A stretch of DNA of 64,000 nucleotides, taken from NCBI GenBank assembly GCA_965655095.1, contig OZ296649.1:128960001-129024000 (forward strand), read 5' to 3'. Positions within the stretch are counted from its first letter, which is position 1, and every line of letters starts with the position of its first letter. Under the pieces are notes generated by a model. That model worked only from the letters and a program-made list of their open reading frames with translations, was not told where the DNA came from and did not search any database. Source of the DNA: Haplodiscus bocki. Lineage: Eukaryota. A program made the position numbers and the translations under genes. Of this stretch, positions 61,500 through 64,000 are shown in pieces.

Positions 61500-61901
61500 A
61501 ATTTAGCAGAGACAAGTTTGGGAATTGTCTTGGAATAATTCTAGTTGAGTGGATGAAGAGGTTTGGCAAAGACAAGTTTAGGAATTGTCTTAGAATAATT
61601 CTATTTGAGTGGATGAAGAGGTTTGGCAAAGACAAGTTTAGGAATTGTCTTAGAATAATTCTAGTTGAGTGGATGAAGAGATTTGGCAAAGACAAGTTTA
61701 GGAATTGTCTTAGAATAATTCTAGTTGAGTGGATGAAGAGATTTGGCAAAGACAAGTTTAGGAATTGTCTTAGAATAATTCTAGTTGAGTGGATGAAGAG
61801 ATTTGGCAAAGACAAATTTAGGAATTGTCTTAGAATAATTCTAGTTGAGTGGATGAAGAGATTTGGCAAAGACAAGTTTAGGAATTGTCTTAGAATAATT
61901 C
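61500..61901. repeat. 60-bp tandem array (~6.7 copies) in 5' LTR
   Basis: Unit tttggcaaagacaagtttaggaattgtcttagaataattctagttgagtggatgaagaga repeats in phase with the 60-nt lines. Confidence 0.95.
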
Positions 61902-62018
61902 AATGATGAGCATTTTAGTTTGAAATTAGGATGAGGGCGAAGAGAAAGAGAGTTTTGCCTCGGGGAAATAGGATAGTTAACTGAGGAGAGCGATTGAATA
62001 AAATGAGAATGTGCGGGG

Positions 62019-62059
62019 TATTTATACCCGGGTATGGCGCAATCGAGTGATCGTCCAAT
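62019..62059 (-). promoter_or_regulatory. Candidate LTR promoter: TATAAATA box with inverted CCAAT box ~30 nt upstream (copy at 43366-43406)
   Basis: GGGTATAAATAC on the minus strand plus CCAATAGGA. A second similar module (TATAGATA + CCAATAGGA) lies at 61396-61446 / 42743-42793. Confidence 0.5.
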
Positions 62060-64000
62060 AGGAGAGCGCCTGAAGATAGCAATGTTTGCTTGGGAATCAT
62101 TTGATCGGCGAGGAGAGGTGAGGAGTGGCGGTTGTTCAGAATTATTGAGGTTTTTGCGGCTAAGTCATGATTCGACTTAGAATATTTTCGCTGAAAGCGA
62201 TTTTGCGGCTAAGTCAGAATTTGACTTAGAATATTTTCGCTAATGAGCGTTTTGCGGCTAAGTCATAATTTGACTTAGAGTATTTTCGCTGAAAGCGAAT
62301 TTGCGGCCAAGTCAGAATTTGACTTAGAATAATTTCGAAGATCAAGAAAGGCGAGAGAAGAGGAAGTTCAAAGTTTTTAAGAGTAGAGGCGAAGAGGAAA
62401 GAACAGAGCAAGTTGTTGACGGTAAGCGAGTGAGTGGATAAATGATCTCTTCGGTCGTGCCAAATGACTCTAAAATGGCATCATGCTGTTTTTTCATGCC
62501 ACCAATAGGAAAACAGGGCATGATCGGCATGTCATACCTACTAGCCAATAGGCTGATAGTAGGATTTGGGCAAATTTGAAAATTTAATTTTTCTTCAATT
62601 TCGTCATCAATTTGTGCAATTCCACCCGAGTAATCTCATATCTCGCCCCTGTCGCCATAATAGCGGCAAATATTTAACCATAAACATAATCATCAGCTTT
62701 GTCGCCTCATAATCTGGTTTTCTGAGTTTTATCGTCTTGTATTTCCTGGGTCACCAGGGTCTTTTATTTATTCGTAAATATCTGTGGCAACACCTCCGAA
62801 ATTCCTGCTGGGTAAGTCAACTTTATTTCCTTCGTAATCTTAATTAGCTCGTATTTCCTGTATAATTAACAAATATACAAACTGCACTGATAAATTTTGG
62901 TGTTTATCTGAAATCTGATAAATCTTGGGCTCGCCATTTTGGGCAAAAATCTCTCGAGGTTAGTTTCAACTTTTCTTTATTATAAAATCATAAAACTGCA
63001 ATTTTTCATTAGGTTTAAGCGGTAGTCATAACGCGATAGTTTTAACTTTTGCAGAAAGTGAGTACTTTGCAGAAGCCGTCATCATCGCAGAGGTTGAGCT
63101 GTTGAAAATCCTCCAACAAATTCAGACTTAAAAAACAAGAGAAAAAGATTGGGAATGTTCATATGTTTGTTGTAAACCTGGTTGACTAAGTTTCAGTTGA
63201 AAGCACATCCTGGAATATGGTTTGGTCAGTGTCTGAATGACCCCTCGGAATCTTATGCTGATTTTGAGCTACGAAGGAATCTGGACTTTCATGGCTGGAG
63301 CCAACGCAGGCCCTGATCCGAAATTTGTAGCAAGTTGTTGGGGATGGAAATAGTGAAAAGGAGAAATGACTCACTTTGTGAGTATTCAGACATCATCTTG
63401 CCTGCTGCAGAATGCAGTCATAGGCAGGTGCACTCCATTGATACATAGCAAACGAATGGTCCGAAATGCTTATCAGCAGAGAGAGGGTAGCGACTGTTGA
63501 TGCAGCCCGGAAAAGCGATGCAGCATGTGAAGTTCTTCCATTGTAGCAAGATTGTTCGTCCTGAATATGTAGTGTGATTGATGGTAAAAATGAAAAGAGG
63601 TCAAATGAGTTCATCTTGCTGTTTCCAGCAATTGATTGGCATGAAGGCCACGGTTGCCTAGCGTTTCTGACGAGCGATGGCAGCCTGCCCGTGTGGCCTA
63701 GACCAAATACTTTTCATTAAAGAACTCGCTCAGCACGTTGTTAGAACCCCTAAAAATAATGAGAACGACCAAGGACAAAATTTGCCAGCGAGCTAGGTCT
63801 ATTTGAGCTGAATCGGATGCCATTTATTTAGTTCAACACTACAACCACACTGCAATGAGTGCTGAAAAGTTTTTGTGTGACTGGGACGAGTTACCAGCAG
63901 TACGGTTGATTGTTACACGTACAACATATTGTTTGCAACCGAGAACGTCAAAAAAGACTCGGTGGCACTACTTGAAGAATGCAGTTGCTCATATTTTTCT

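Larger units (their letters stand above)
40963..63038 (-). mobile_element. Full-length env-containing Ty3/Gypsy (Metaviridae-like) LTR retroelement / endogenous retrovirus, ~22 kb
   Basis: Two direct 3423-bp repeats offset by 18653 bp. Terminal inverted motif TGTCGCG...CGCGATA. 4-bp TSD GTTT at 40959-40962 and 63039-63042. PBS next to the right LTR. Internal order gag, PR, RT, RNase H, IN, env on the minus strand. Confidence 0.96.
59616..63038 (-). repeat. 5' LTR (3423 bp)
   Basis: Near-identical to 40963-44385 (about 15-20 substitutions by eye). On the minus strand it begins TATCGCG, ends CGCGACA and is followed by the PBS. Confidence 0.95.

Overview
Repeat-rich, AT-rich eukaryotic (probably invertebrate animal) genomic DNA with one assembly gap and no recognisable intact host gene. 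The main feature is a young, full-length 22-kb env-bearing Ty3/Gypsy-type endogenous retrovirus-like element on the minus strand (40963-63038), with two near-identical 3423-bp LTRs, a GTTT target-site duplication and a tRNA primer-binding site. Besides gag, -1-frameshifted pro-pol and a chuvirus/gB-like env, it carries an unusually rich accessory set. (i) A chain of 5-6 small, mostly hydrophobic ORFs lies between the PBS and gag, joined by stop-start junctions (ATGA, TGA-ATG, TAG-ATG) in a region otherwise free of ATGs; most are below the ORF-track cut-off. (ii) A second stop-start triplet lies between pol and env, and its members are paralogous to each other and to the last leader ORF. (iii) A TARG1/OARD1-type macrodomain sits between protease and RT. 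(iv) A PAM2-motif + coiled-coil + TRAF/MATH protein lies after env. (v) There is an antisense ORF, and candidate splice acceptors precede several gene blocks. Together these look like a 'complex' invertebrate retrovirus using polycistronic termination-reinitiation. The rest of the window holds a CR1/L2-group LINE whose 5' end is fused to a 28S rRNA fragment and inserted in a ~120-bp satellite, a 2.1-kb tandem plus inverted (circularly permuted) duplication, and degraded LINE/LTR remnants. All family assignments are from motif recognition by eye, with no database searches.
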